Assembly (NCBI GenBank): GCA_015062235.1
Contig: SUUZ01000001.1
Span: 191,255-255,254 of the forward strand
DNA: 64,000 nucleotides
Direction of reading: 5' to 3'
DNA from: Alphaproteobacteria bacterium
GTDB lineage: Bacteria > Pseudomonadota > Alphaproteobacteria > RF32 > CAG-239
The position numbers were made by a program, and so were the translations under genes. Within the stretch, counting starts at the first letter, position 1; each line of letters opens with the position of its first letter. The notes beneath the pieces are model-generated. The model was not told where the DNA came from. It ran no database searches and saw nothing but the letters and a program-made list of their open reading frames with translations. Of the stretch, positions 40,928 to 50,102 are shown one piece after another.

Positions 40928-41224
40928 TATAAACCCTTTTATACTTAATTATCATACAAAAAAAATATAATTAAAAGTCATTTTTAATTAATAAACACAA
41001 ATCCCTACACTTATTGACTATTTATAAGATGTCCATCAACCAATTTGAACAGGGCTTCGATTTTGTATCGTAAGCCTTTGTTGTTGAAAATAATATATAA
41101 ACTTCGGCGTTACTTAGCTTCAAAAATACTCCTAGATTACCAGAATGGAAATCCCTCAAAATATTTGACAAAAAAATACAAAAATGATATTATGAACTTA
41201 ATGGTATTTACTAAGGAGGTTTTG

Positions 41225-41749
41225 ATGGAACAAACAATAGATCTAGGGGAGGGGAGAACTTATAAATACTCCAAGAGTTATGAGGGAATCACGTATACAC
41301 GTCCTGATGGCAATAGTTTAACGGTTAGCTTTCGAAGATTTACTGATGGTGATGCGCATTCATGTGGAGATTTTTTTGGAATTAGTGTAATTCTCCACAA
41401 AAAACCTAAATTTGGCATCATAAAACAAAAAGAAGAGTTATTGTTTAATCATAACATACCCTTTAGTAAAAATAATTCTCAAGATGTTAAATTGGCGAAA
41501 TTATCAATTAGTGAACTACTAAAAAAAGAAAATATAGTCATTACTGACAATAAAGATAAAGAACTTGAAGAAATAATTAATCAAACTAGAAAAACTATCA
41601 TATCTGAAGGCTTTGAAGCAAGAGAAGTTTACGAAAAAGAAAGAGAAACAAATCTACAAAAGACTAAACTCAGTAAAGAACAAAAACAACAAGCTGATTA
41701 TAGTAACGTAGCTAGAATAATAAAAAGTTTTACCTCTCACAATAAATAA
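41225..41749 (+). CDS. Hypothetical protein (probable start MEQTID)
   Basis: AAGGAGGT SD before ATG 41225; TTGACA and -10-like elements upstream. Confidence 0.65.
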   Translation: MEQTIDLGEGRTYKYSKSYEGITYTRPDGNSLTVSFRRFTDGDAHSCGDFFGISVILHKKPKFGIIKQKEELLFNHNIPFSKNNSQDVKLAKLSISELLKKENIVITDNKDKELEEIINQTRKTIISEGFEAREVYEKERETNLQKTKLSKEQKQQADYSNVARIIKSFTSHNK

Positions 41750-41868
41750 AAAGCTATCACATCATCAAAAATAGGCTAGACATGATCGGATATCCTAGCT
41801 TATGTACCTTTTAACAGCTATTTGCCTTATTTTAACAAATAGTTATTCCTACAATTTTTAGTTTCTTT

Positions 41869-42444
41869 TTACTGTTTGCCTCTTCTCTTAAGATTTCGCT
41901 TCAATCGTTCTTCTTTTTCTTGTCTTTTTTTTGCTCTTTCTTCAGCCCTCATCTTGGCTCTATTACTAAAACGTGAAAGCTTTTGTTCTTGTTTGCTCTT
42001 TAATTGCTCTTCTTTTTCTCTTTCAGCCTCTTCTGCTGCTTTTTTTTGAAAACGCGATGCTTTTTCTTGCTTGCGTTTCATCATTTCATCATATTTTTTC
42101 TCTCTTTTTTCTGTATTTTCAATAGCTTTTCGTTTAAACCTGCTTTTCTCATTAGCTCTTTCTTCTGCTATTTCAGCTCTACGTTTAGCAAGCCTTTTTT
42201 CCTTTTCACTAAGTAATTCTTCCGTTTCTTTATTTACCAATGAAGAAGCATCTTCTTGCACAACCTTTTTTTCCTCAAACTTTTCCTCCTGAATAGCATC
42301 CTCAATCTTTTTTTCTGCAATTTTCTTAACATATTCATCCTGCAAATCTTTTTTAGCAACAAATGATACTGCATCTAAAGCTTCTACCCTATTTACTAAA
42401 AAAACACTTATAACCGCAACAACACACAAAAAAAACTTAACCAT
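41869..42444 (-). CDS. Exported Lys/Glu/Arg-rich helical protein with SRF repeats (start MVKFF)
   Basis: Signal peptide; AAGGAG SD; charged repeats. Confidence 0.7.
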   Translation of the reverse strand: MVKFFLCVVAVISVFLVNRVEALDAVSFVAKKDLQDEYVKKIAEKKIEDAIQEEKFEEKKVVQEDASSLVNKETEELLSEKEKRLAKRRAEIAEERANEKSRFKRKAIENTEKREKKYDEMMKRKQEKASRFQKKAAEEAEREKEEQLKSKQEQKLSRFSNRAKMRAEERAKKRQEKEERLKRNLKRRGKQ

Positions 42445-42554
42445 CGTTTTCTCCTTATCAAAACCACAAAGCATAATTTATACGCTTTTATTTGACTAAT
42501 CAAGTGGTTGTATGATACAAGATAATAAAAATAAAATTTTAGGAAAAAAATACA

Positions 42555-42968
42555 ATGAAAAAAATTGTTGTAGCCGCCGCAGCCTTAGTAAAAAACGATA
42601 AATTATTCATCGCTCAACGTCCTGCCAACAAACAACCTCCTCTTGTATGGGAATTTCCAGGAGGAAAGCCTGAAAACAATGAAACCTTACCTCAAGCATT
42701 AAGACGTGAACTTCAAGAAGAACTACATGTTGATACTGAAATTGGTGATTTTATTATGAAAGTAAACCATTCTTATGACTTCGCTGAAGTGGAAATCAAT
42801 TTATTTTGGGCAACCTTAAAAAATCCGAATGACAAAATTATTGATAATGAACATGTTGCAACTGCATGGATATCGATGAACGAAGTTGATAATTACGAAT
42901 TTGCTAAAGCCGATATTGAGTTAATAAAAAAGTTAAAACAAACAGGTTTTAGCTTAAAAGTTTCATAA
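42555..42968 (+). CDS. Nudix hydrolase, MutT/NudG-like
   Basis: WEFPGGK...ALRRELQEEL Nudix box. Confidence 0.9.
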   Translation: MKKIVVAAAALVKNDKLFIAQRPANKQPPLVWEFPGGKPENNETLPQALRRELQEELHVDTEIGDFIMKVNHSYDFAEVEINLFWATLKNPNDKIIDNEHVATAWISMNEVDNYEFAKADIELIKKLKQTGFSLKVS

Positions 42969-42969
42969 C

Positions 42970-42995
42970 AAAAGCCCCTTGAATAAGGGGCTTTC
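42970..42995. terminator. Terminator between the Nudix gene and tRNA-His
   Basis: AAAGCCCCTT-GAAT-AAGGGGCTTT. Confidence 0.8.
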
Positions 42996-43000
42996 AAATA

Positions 43001-43078
43001 TGGGGCGAATGATCGGATTCGAACCGACGACATCTGGTACCACAAACCAGCGCTCTAACCAACTGAGCTACATTCGCC
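43001..43078 (-). tRNA. tRNA-His(GTG) with encoded G-1 and C73
   Basis: G-GCGAATG...CATTCGC-C-CCA, anticodon loop TTGTGGT. Confidence 0.95.
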
Positions 43079-43216
43079 ATCCGTTACAGCTGTGATTTTT
43101 AACGTCAATCTATTCCAAAGTCAAGCTAATTTTGTAAAAATTTTTTTCCATTAATAATTTATTTCCTTTTTTCCTATACCATAAAGTAAGTACGGATGTT
43201 TTCCATGAGGATTTAA

Positions 43217-44395
43217 ATGAAAATTAGTTTGGGGTACAAAAAAATAGCATTATCTCTTCTAGCTATTGGCTTTGTTTGTTATTCATATGATGCTTATGCC
43301 GCAAAAAAACGTACCATATCATCAATCGTTGTTGATGCTATAACAGGCGAAGTTATTACATCATCAAATGCTGATGAACATCGCTACCCTGCTTCCTTAA
43401 CAAAACTTATGACCCTTTACATCACTTTTGATGCTCTAGATAAAGAAAAACTGAGTTTAGACACCAAACTAAAAGTGTCTAGATATGCGGCTAATCGCGC
43501 TCCATCTCGCATTGGCGTAAAGGCGGGCGAAACTATTACTGTAAAAGATGCTATACTAGCTCTTATTGTAAAATCAGCTAACGATTGTGCTGCTGTATTA
43601 GCAGAAGCTCTTGGTGAAACAGAGGATAAGTTTGCTAAAATAATGACACAAACTGCCAAAGATCTAGGAATGAAAAATACTACATTTAAAAATGCCTCTG
43701 GTCTTCCTAACCGCCACCAAAAAACTACAGCGCGTGATATGGCTATTTTAGGTAGTGCAATATATCACCATTTTCCCGAGTACTATGATTTATTTTCCAC
43801 TACCAAGTTTAAATACAAAGACCAAACTTTTTATAGTCACAATCATTTGTTAAAAAAATTTAAAGGCACTGATGGTATGAAAACTGGCTATACATCAGCC
43901 GCTGGATATAATATTGTAACCTCAGCACAACGTGATGGTCATCGTGTTATAGCCGTAACGATGGGACATGACAGCATCAAAAGTCGTGATTATAAAGTTG
44001 CCCAATTAATGAATAGAGGATTAAAAAAATTAAACAAACAACCATCTAATCATTCTCGTATAGTAGCAAAACTTGAAATTCCTCACCTAGCTGATACAAC
44101 ATCTTCTTCAACAGATTCTATCTGGGCAATCCAAGTTGGTGCTTTTTCAAACTACATCAAAGCACGTAATTATGCCCTTGAAGTTCAAAACCGTTTACAC
44201 CTGCCTTATGTGTCTAAAACAGAAATTAATGTTGAACCTGCATCAAATGGTGCCGCTATAGTATACCGCTCTCAATTAACTGGTTTTGCAAAAAATGAAG
44301 CGGATAAAACATGTTATCGTTTGAAAAAAGCAAATACATCTTGTATAGTTATACCAACAAATAATAATCAACAACTTGCAATGGCTGAAAAATGA
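43217..44395 (+). CDS. D-alanyl-D-alanine carboxypeptidase (S11) with C-terminal SPOR domain
   Basis: PASLTK, SAN, KTG motifs; WAIQVGAF SPOR. Confidence 0.93.
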   Translation: MKISLGYKKIALSLLAIGFVCYSYDAYAAKKRTISSIVVDAITGEVITSSNADEHRYPASLTKLMTLYITFDALDKEKLSLDTKLKVSRYAANRAPSRIGVKAGETITVKDAILALIVKSANDCAAVLAEALGETEDKFAKIMTQTAKDLGMKNTTFKNASGLPNRHQKTTARDMAILGSAIYHHFPEYYDLFSTTKFKYKDQTFYSHNHLLKKFKGTDGMKTGYTSAAGYNIVTSAQRDGHRVIAVTMGHDSIKSRDYKVAQLMNRGLKKLNKQPSNHSRIVAKLEIPHLADTTSSSTDSIWAIQVGAFSNYIKARNYALEVQNRLHLPYVSKTEINVEPASNGAAIVYRSQLTGFAKNEADKTCYRLKKANTSCIVIPTNNNQQLAMAEK

Positions 44396-45180
44396 GCGAA
44401 ATAAATACCAAAGCCCATATTATAGTGATAGGTAATGAAAAAGGTGGAACAGGTAAGTCAACCCTTGCTATGCACTTGGCTATAAAATTAATGTTCGAAA
44501 ATTTCAAAGTAGCAATTCTTGATTTAGATGGACGACAAGGATCGTTATCCAAATATATAGCTAATCGTCGTTCATTTTGTTGCAAAAACAATATCCATCT
44601 GCCCATTCCTACCCATTACATCTTTGAACCTCAACCCAAAGAAGCTAACAAGTTAGAAATAGAAACTCTCATTAAAGAACTTTCTAATCGATTTGATGCT
44701 ATAATTATTGACACTCCTGGTTTTCGCAATTATCTATTTGAACTTGCTCACAAATTTCCGCACACACTAATCACACCTATCTCCGACAGTCTTATAGATT
44801 TGTCTGCTATCGCAGATATAAACCCCGATAATGGTGAAATTCTACAAGCTGGACACTATGCTGAATTTGTATGGGAAATAAAGAAAAAACTAGCAGCCCA
44901 GGGGCTTCCTTATTTAAATTGGATAATTTGCGGAAATAAGATCTCTCCCATTCATTCAAAAAATAAAAATATAGTATTTAACAAACTTGAAAATCTTGCA
45001 AAATTATATGGTTTTCGTTTCTCTTCAGGACTTAAAGACAGAGTAATATACAAAGAATTATTCCTTAATGGACTCACAGTACTAGATTTGAGTGTACCAG
45101 AACTTCATCATCGTATGACAATTTCGCACCTTGCTGCTAAAATGGAATTAAATTCATTAGCTGAATTTATCTTTCCCTAA
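44392..45180 (+). CDS. mipZ: Division-plane positioning ATPase MipZ
   Basis: GNEKGGTGKST, DLDGRQGS, IDTPG, RVIYKELF.GLT.LD. Confidence 0.9.
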   Translation: MSEINTKAHIIVIGNEKGGTGKSTLAMHLAIKLMFENFKVAILDLDGRQGSLSKYIANRRSFCCKNNIHLPIPTHYIFEPQPKEANKLEIETLIKELSNRFDAIIIDTPGFRNYLFELAHKFPHTLITPISDSLIDLSAIADINPDNGEILQAGHYAEFVWEIKKKLAAQGLPYLNWIICGNKISPIHSKNKNIVFNKLENLAKLYGFRFSSGLKDRVIYKELFLNGLTVLDLSVPELHHRMTISHLAAKMELNSLAEFIFP

Positions 45181-45274
45181 GATAATGCTGATAACTTTGT
45201 CATAAAGCTTGTTTTTCAAAGCCACAAATGATAGATTGCAACCTATAAATATATAAATTGTTTAGGAGCTATCT

Positions 45275-46894
45275 ATGATTATAACTGTGCCAACAACCCC
45301 ATATACAGACCAAAAAATGGGAACAGCTGGTCTTCGCCGTAAATCAAAAGTTGTTATGCAAAAAAACTATGTTGAAAACTTTGTTCAAAGCATTTTTAAT
45401 GTCATCGGGGATCTATCTAATAAAACATTTTTAGTAGGAGGTGATGGACGTTTCTATAATAACATTGCCATCCAAAAAATAATAAAAATTGCAGCTGCTA
45501 ATGGTGTGAAAAAATTATTAATAGGACAAAAGGGGCTTATTTCAACTCCTGCTGGTTCTGTCGTAATTAGAAAAAACAAACTAAATGGTGGACTGATATT
45601 ATCTGCATCTCACAACCCTGGCGGTGAAAATGGAGACTTCGGTTTAAAATATTCAAATGAAACAGGAGGGCAAGTACCTAGTTCTGTAAGCGATGCAATT
45701 TACCAACAAACAACAAAAATTAGTGAGTATAAAATTTGTGATGATTCAGATATAGATCTATCTAAACTAGGTTCGTTTGAATATTGTGGAATGCAAATTG
45801 AAGTTATCGATTCGGTAAAAGACTACGTAGAAATGATGCAAAATATTTTTGATTTTAATGCCATCAAAAAGATGTTTGCTAATGGTTTTACCATGCGTTT
45901 TGATGCTATGAATGCTGTTACAGGGCCATATGCAATTGAAATATTTGAAAACATTTTAGGTGCACCTAAAGGTTCTGTTGTAAATTTTATCCCTAAAGAA
46001 GATTTTGGAGGTCTTCATCCTGATCCTAATTTAGTTTATGCCAAAGAATTAGTTGATTTTATGTTCTCTGATAAGGCTGCCGATTTCGGCGCTGCCAATG
46101 ATGGTGATGGCGACAGAAATATGATTCTAGGAAAAAGCTTTTTCGTAACACCTAACGACAGTTTGGCAATCATTACCGATAACTACAAACTAATACCTCA
46201 TTACAAAAACGGAATTTATGGAGTCGCAAAATCAGCCGCTACTTCAACAGCGGTTGCCCGTGTTGCAAAAGAACACAATATAGGATACTACGAAGTTCCC
46301 ACTGGTTGGAAATATTTTGTAAACTTGATGGATTCTAACCGTATTACTTTCTGTGGCGAAGAAAGTTTTGGAACAGGTTCATCTCATATCAGAGAAAAAG
46401 ATGGCATTTGGGCTGTTTTATTCTGGCTCAACATTTTAGCTGCAACAGGCAAAACTGTTGAAGAAACGACCGTTGAACACTGGAAAAAATATGGACGTAG
46501 TTATTATATTCGTTTCGATTTTGAAGGAGTTGATACAGCTACCGCAGATACTTTAATGGCTGATCTTGAAACTAAGTTACCAAATCTCATAAACCAAACA
46601 TTTGGAGACTTTACAGTCAAAGAGGCAGCTCCTTTTGTTTATAAAGATCCTGTTGACGAATCCATCACAAAAAATGGACTTATTATATATTTCACAGATG
46701 GTTCTCGCATCGTATATCGTTTATCAGGAACAGGATCATCAGGTGCAACAATTAGAGTATATCTAGAACGTTTTTCTGCCGAAGATATTTCTCAAAATCC
46801 TCTAGACATGGTATCTCCTCTAGCTGAAATAGCTCTTGAAGTTGCTGAAATACCATCCAGAACAGGAAAAGTAAAAGCTGATGTTATCACATAA
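45275..46894 (+). CDS. pgm: Phosphoglucomutase
   Basis: GTAGLR, SASHNPGG, DGDGDR, CGEESFG, REKDG. Confidence 0.96.
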   Translation: MIITVPTTPYTDQKMGTAGLRRKSKVVMQKNYVENFVQSIFNVIGDLSNKTFLVGGDGRFYNNIAIQKIIKIAAANGVKKLLIGQKGLISTPAGSVVIRKNKLNGGLILSASHNPGGENGDFGLKYSNETGGQVPSSVSDAIYQQTTKISEYKICDDSDIDLSKLGSFEYCGMQIEVIDSVKDYVEMMQNIFDFNAIKKMFANGFTMRFDAMNAVTGPYAIEIFENILGAPKGSVVNFIPKEDFGGLHPDPNLVYAKELVDFMFSDKAADFGAANDGDGDRNMILGKSFFVTPNDSLAIITDNYKLIPHYKNGIYGVAKSAATSTAVARVAKEHNIGYYEVPTGWKYFVNLMDSNRITFCGEESFGTGSSHIREKDGIWAVLFWLNILAATGKTVEETTVEHWKKYGRSYYIRFDFEGVDTATADTLMADLETKLPNLINQTFGDFTVKEAAPFVYKDPVDESITKNGLIIYFTDGSRIVYRLSGTGSSGATIRVYLERFSAEDISQNPLDMVSPLAEIALEVAEIPSRTGKVKADVIT

Positions 46895-47990
46895 AAAAAT
46901 ACAATTATTATCCTTACTTGTTTTTCCCTTGCTGACTCTATCACCTAGAGCTAGCGCTGGTTTGTATGGATTTCATCAATATAACCCTTACACAAAAGAA
47001 GAGCGTATATTAGACCTAAGTGAAGTGCCCGAAAGCATTCATAACTATCGTGCCGATATGCGCTCTAACCTTTCGATGATGATAGGCTATGCCAAAGAAC
47101 AAAATCCTGATTTTAAAATAATTGTACATGAAGGACAAGATTTGTTAACTAAGAGCCTTTGGGAATATGATAGAGAGGGTTACAATAGAGCTCGCAAACA
47201 AGAAAACGCCCAAGACGATTCTTTCTTGTTTCACTCCCATTATCGTGAACTAGAACCGGAACGCTATACTCCAGCTTATGACTACCTTAATAGTATAGAT
47301 GCAATAGCTATAAATAATTTATACTGCGGTAAAGGTCGAGAAAGCAATATTACTCATAACCACAAACTTGGTCTCATTACAATTGAACATTGCAAAAATA
47401 GTGACGATGTTGAAACTGCTCGCATTAATTCTATGATTGATCAACGTTCATCATATTTTTTTACAGAACTTAATAATGCCTTCAACAATATTGATGACCA
47501 CAATAATATCAATGATTCTGCCAAAAACATTTATAAAATAGCCGAAGCTCAAAACGTTCTTATAATTAATGATGATAGCAATTATGCCACTAAAGAAGAT
47601 ATGATTAGTGATTTACTAAAAACAAACTATGATATTATTATTATGAAGCCTCTTTTCAAGCACAAAGAACGTTTTTCAGCCAATGATCTACAAAAATTAC
47701 ACTTTAAAAAAAATGGTTCTAAACGATTGTTAGTAGCTGAATTAAATGTATCTGAAGCCTCTCCTTACGATTATTATTGGAACAAAGATTGGAAAATTGG
47801 CAATCCAGAATGGATTGTTCGTAAATCCTTTTCAACAGAAAATAATTTTATAACTAAATTTTGGCACCCAGAATGGAAAAAAATAATATCTCGTCACTTT
47901 AAAGATATACTTAATGAAAAATTTGATGGTATCTTCTTTACTGGAGTCGAAAATTATCACTATTTTGAACAACAAAATCCTTTAGAGTAA
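46881..47990 (+). CDS. Exported TM1410/MJ1477 (GH114/PelA-like) putative glycoside hydrolase, divergent
   Basis: Signal peptide; KKNGSKRLLVAELNVSEA..YYW, KFWHPEWKKII, FDGIFF. Confidence 0.7.
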   Translation: MLSHKKIQLLSLLVFPLLTLSPRASAGLYGFHQYNPYTKEERILDLSEVPESIHNYRADMRSNLSMMIGYAKEQNPDFKIIVHEGQDLLTKSLWEYDREGYNRARKQENAQDDSFLFHSHYRELEPERYTPAYDYLNSIDAIAINNLYCGKGRESNITHNHKLGLITIEHCKNSDDVETARINSMIDQRSSYFFTELNNAFNNIDDHNNINDSAKNIYKIAEAQNVLIINDDSNYATKEDMISDLLKTNYDIIIMKPLFKHKERFSANDLQKLHFKKNGSKRLLVAELNVSEASPYDYYWNKDWKIGNPEWIVRKSFSTENNFITKFWHPEWKKIISRHFKDILNEKFDGIFFTGVENYHYFEQQNPLE

Positions 47991-47994
47991 TCAA

Positions 47995-48258
47995 ATGACT
48001 GAAGCTGAAATTTTTGAAATAACTAGAGATGCAATATTTACTTTGCTAAAAGTAGTTAGCCCCATTGTATGTGTAGCTCTTGGAGTGGGGTTGATTATAG
48101 GTATATTCCAAGCATTAACTCAAATTCAAGAAATGACATTAGCATTTGTTCCTAAAATTATATGCGTATTTTTAGCTCTTGTATTGCTTTTCCCGTTTAT
48201 GTTTAACCAAATGCAAACATTATCTGATACTTTATTTTCTAAAATAGCGGGCGGTTAA
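47995..48258 (+). CDS. fliQ: Flagellar/type III export protein FliQ
   Basis: FQALTQIQEMTLAFVPK. Confidence 0.95.
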   Translation: MTEAEIFEITRDAIFTLLKVVSPIVCVALGVGLIIGIFQALTQIQEMTLAFVPKIICVFLALVLLFPFMFNQMQTLSDTLFSKIAGG

Positions 48259-48262
48259 ACTA

Positions 48263-49018
48263 ATGACTGAGCTATTTAGTATAACTTTATATAACTATTT
48301 AATGATTTTTATGCGCATAGGCGCGGTATTTATGCTTATGCCTGGTTTTTCTGCATCATATATCAATGTTCAAATACGACTTATCCTTGCTCTCACAATA
48401 ACTATTATAATACTCCCAATAATAACCCCTCTATTGCCTCCTGAACCAAAAGAATTTAGCATATTATTACAATATATTATAAATGAAATAAGTATCGGGA
48501 TATTTCTAGGTATTGTAATGCAAGTATTGTTTTTTGCCCTAAATCTTGCTGGTTCAATAGCATCTCAAGCAATCGGTTTCTCTAACGCACAAATTTTTGA
48601 TCCAACATTTCAAGCTCAAACAATGTTAATTGAATCCTTTTTAAGCATAATTGCTGTAACATTTATCTTCATAACAAATATTCACCATATAATGTTTGAA
48701 GCAATAATAGATAGTTATCATCTTTTCATTCCTGGTGCTCCAATTCCTTGGGGAGATTTTGCTAGCCATATGACTGATAATGTAACAAAATCATTTACCT
48801 TTGGTTTTAAATTAGGATCACCATTTATTGCCTTTACCATCATATTTTATTCAGGTATTGGACTAGTATCAAGACTTATGCCCCAACTAAATATCTTTTT
48901 CTTGTCTTTACCATTACAAATATATTTAGGTATAGGTGTTCTATTTTTAACTACTCCTGTCATTATAGCATTTTTCTTTCGTTATTTTGATGAGGGGCTA
49001 TACATATTTACTCATTGA
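48263..49018 (+). CDS. fliR: Flagellar/type III export protein FliR
   Basis: FMRIGA..MLMP, AGSIASQAIG, SRLMPQLNIFF. Confidence 0.93.
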   Translation: MTELFSITLYNYLMIFMRIGAVFMLMPGFSASYINVQIRLILALTITIIILPIITPLLPPEPKEFSILLQYIINEISIGIFLGIVMQVLFFALNLAGSIASQAIGFSNAQIFDPTFQAQTMLIESFLSIIAVTFIFITNIHHIMFEAIIDSYHLFIPGAPIPWGDFASHMTDNVTKSFTFGFKLGSPFIAFTIIFYSGIGLVSRLMPQLNIFFLSLPLQIYLGIGVLFLTTPVIIAFFFRYFDEGLYIFTH

Positions 49019-49031
49019 AGGATGCTAAAAA

Positions 49032-50102
49032 ATGGTTACTCCCGAAGACGATGATGACGCATCCAAAACAGAAGAACCTTCCGAACGAAAAATATCCAAA
49101 GCAAAAGAAGAAGGTGATGTTGCAATATCTCAAGATGCTAAAAGTTTTATTATGCTTTTAGGCACCTTATTTATAGTTTGGCTGTTTATCCCGATAATGT
49201 TTAAGTGGCTTAAAGTTATTGGTGCATCATTTATATCTCGTTCTGCTAACACGCATGTTGATACAGGAAATTTTGTTATCCTTCTTCAACAAGGAACATT
49301 CGGATTTTTTAAAGTTATGGCTATTCCCTTCGCCGTTTTTATGATACTAGGAATCTTCGCATCTCTCAGTCAAACAGGTTTTATTTATGCCCCCAAAAAA
49401 ATAGCCCCTGATTGGAATAAACTAAACTTTTTTGCTGCTATCCCTAAATTTATAAATAAGCAAAAAATAGTTGAAAGTATTAAAGGTATTATCAAAATTA
49501 TAGTAGTCACAGCTTTAGCTTATTTTGTCTTAAAACCATACATTGCAAAAACAGAACTACTTCCTACTATGGACACTTATGGAATATTAGATTACATTCA
49601 TGAAATTGTTGTTCTTCTACTGTTTACCATAACTATTGCTGTACTAGTAATTGCAGCAGGAGACTATGCTTGGCAAAAATACTCTCACCTTTTAAAACTA
49701 AGAATGACCAAGCAAGAAGTGAAAGAGGAATATAAACAAATGGAAGGGGATCCTTTAGTCAAATCTAAAATACGTCAAATACGAATGGATCGAGCAAAAC
49801 AGCGTATGATGGAAAATGTCCCCAAGGCCGATGTTGTTATTGTCAACCCAACCCATTATGCTGTAGCATTAGAATATAAAATGAATGAAATGCCTGCTCC
49901 AAAAGTAACCGCTAAAGGTGTCGATAATGTCGCATTACGTATCAAAGCACTTGCCGAAGATAATGACATACCAATTGTTGAAAATCCCCCTCTTGCTCGT
50001 GCATTATTTGCATCAACCGAGCTAGATCAAACTATTCCAACAGAACATTTCCAAGCCGTAGCCGAGGTTATCAATTATGTTATGCAACTTAAAAAACAAT
50101 AA
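49032..50102 (+). CDS. flhB: Flagellar/type III export protein FlhB
   Basis: KTEEPS, MTKQEVKEEYK, NPTH autocleavage motif. Confidence 0.96.
   Translation: MVTPEDDDDASKTEEPSERKISKAKEEGDVAISQDAKSFIMLLGTLFIVWLFIPIMFKWLKVIGASFISRSANTHVDTGNFVILLQQGTFGFFKVMAIPFAVFMILGIFASLSQTGFIYAPKKIAPDWNKLNFFAAIPKFINKQKIVESIKGIIKIIVVTALAYFVLKPYIAKTELLPTMDTYGILDYIHEIVVLLLFTITIAVLVIAAGDYAWQKYSHLLKLRMTKQEVKEEYKQMEGDPLVKSKIRQIRMDRAKQRMMENVPKADVVIVNPTHYAVALEYKMNEMPAPKVTAKGVDNVALRIKALAEDNDIPIVENPPLARALFASTELDQTIPTEHFQAVAEVINYVMQLKKQ

Larger units (their letters stand above)
37352..41105. mobile_element. Degenerate tRNA-Gln-integrated genomic island carrying a restriction-modification system
   Basis: Recombinase remnants next to the tRNA 3' end, RM cargo, related repeats at 37352, 37433 and 41040. 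Confidence 0.75.

Noticed and set aside
41045-41224. N-terminal extension of the 41045 ORF
   Set aside because: Covers the island-edge repeat and promoter; the strong SD points to ATG 41225
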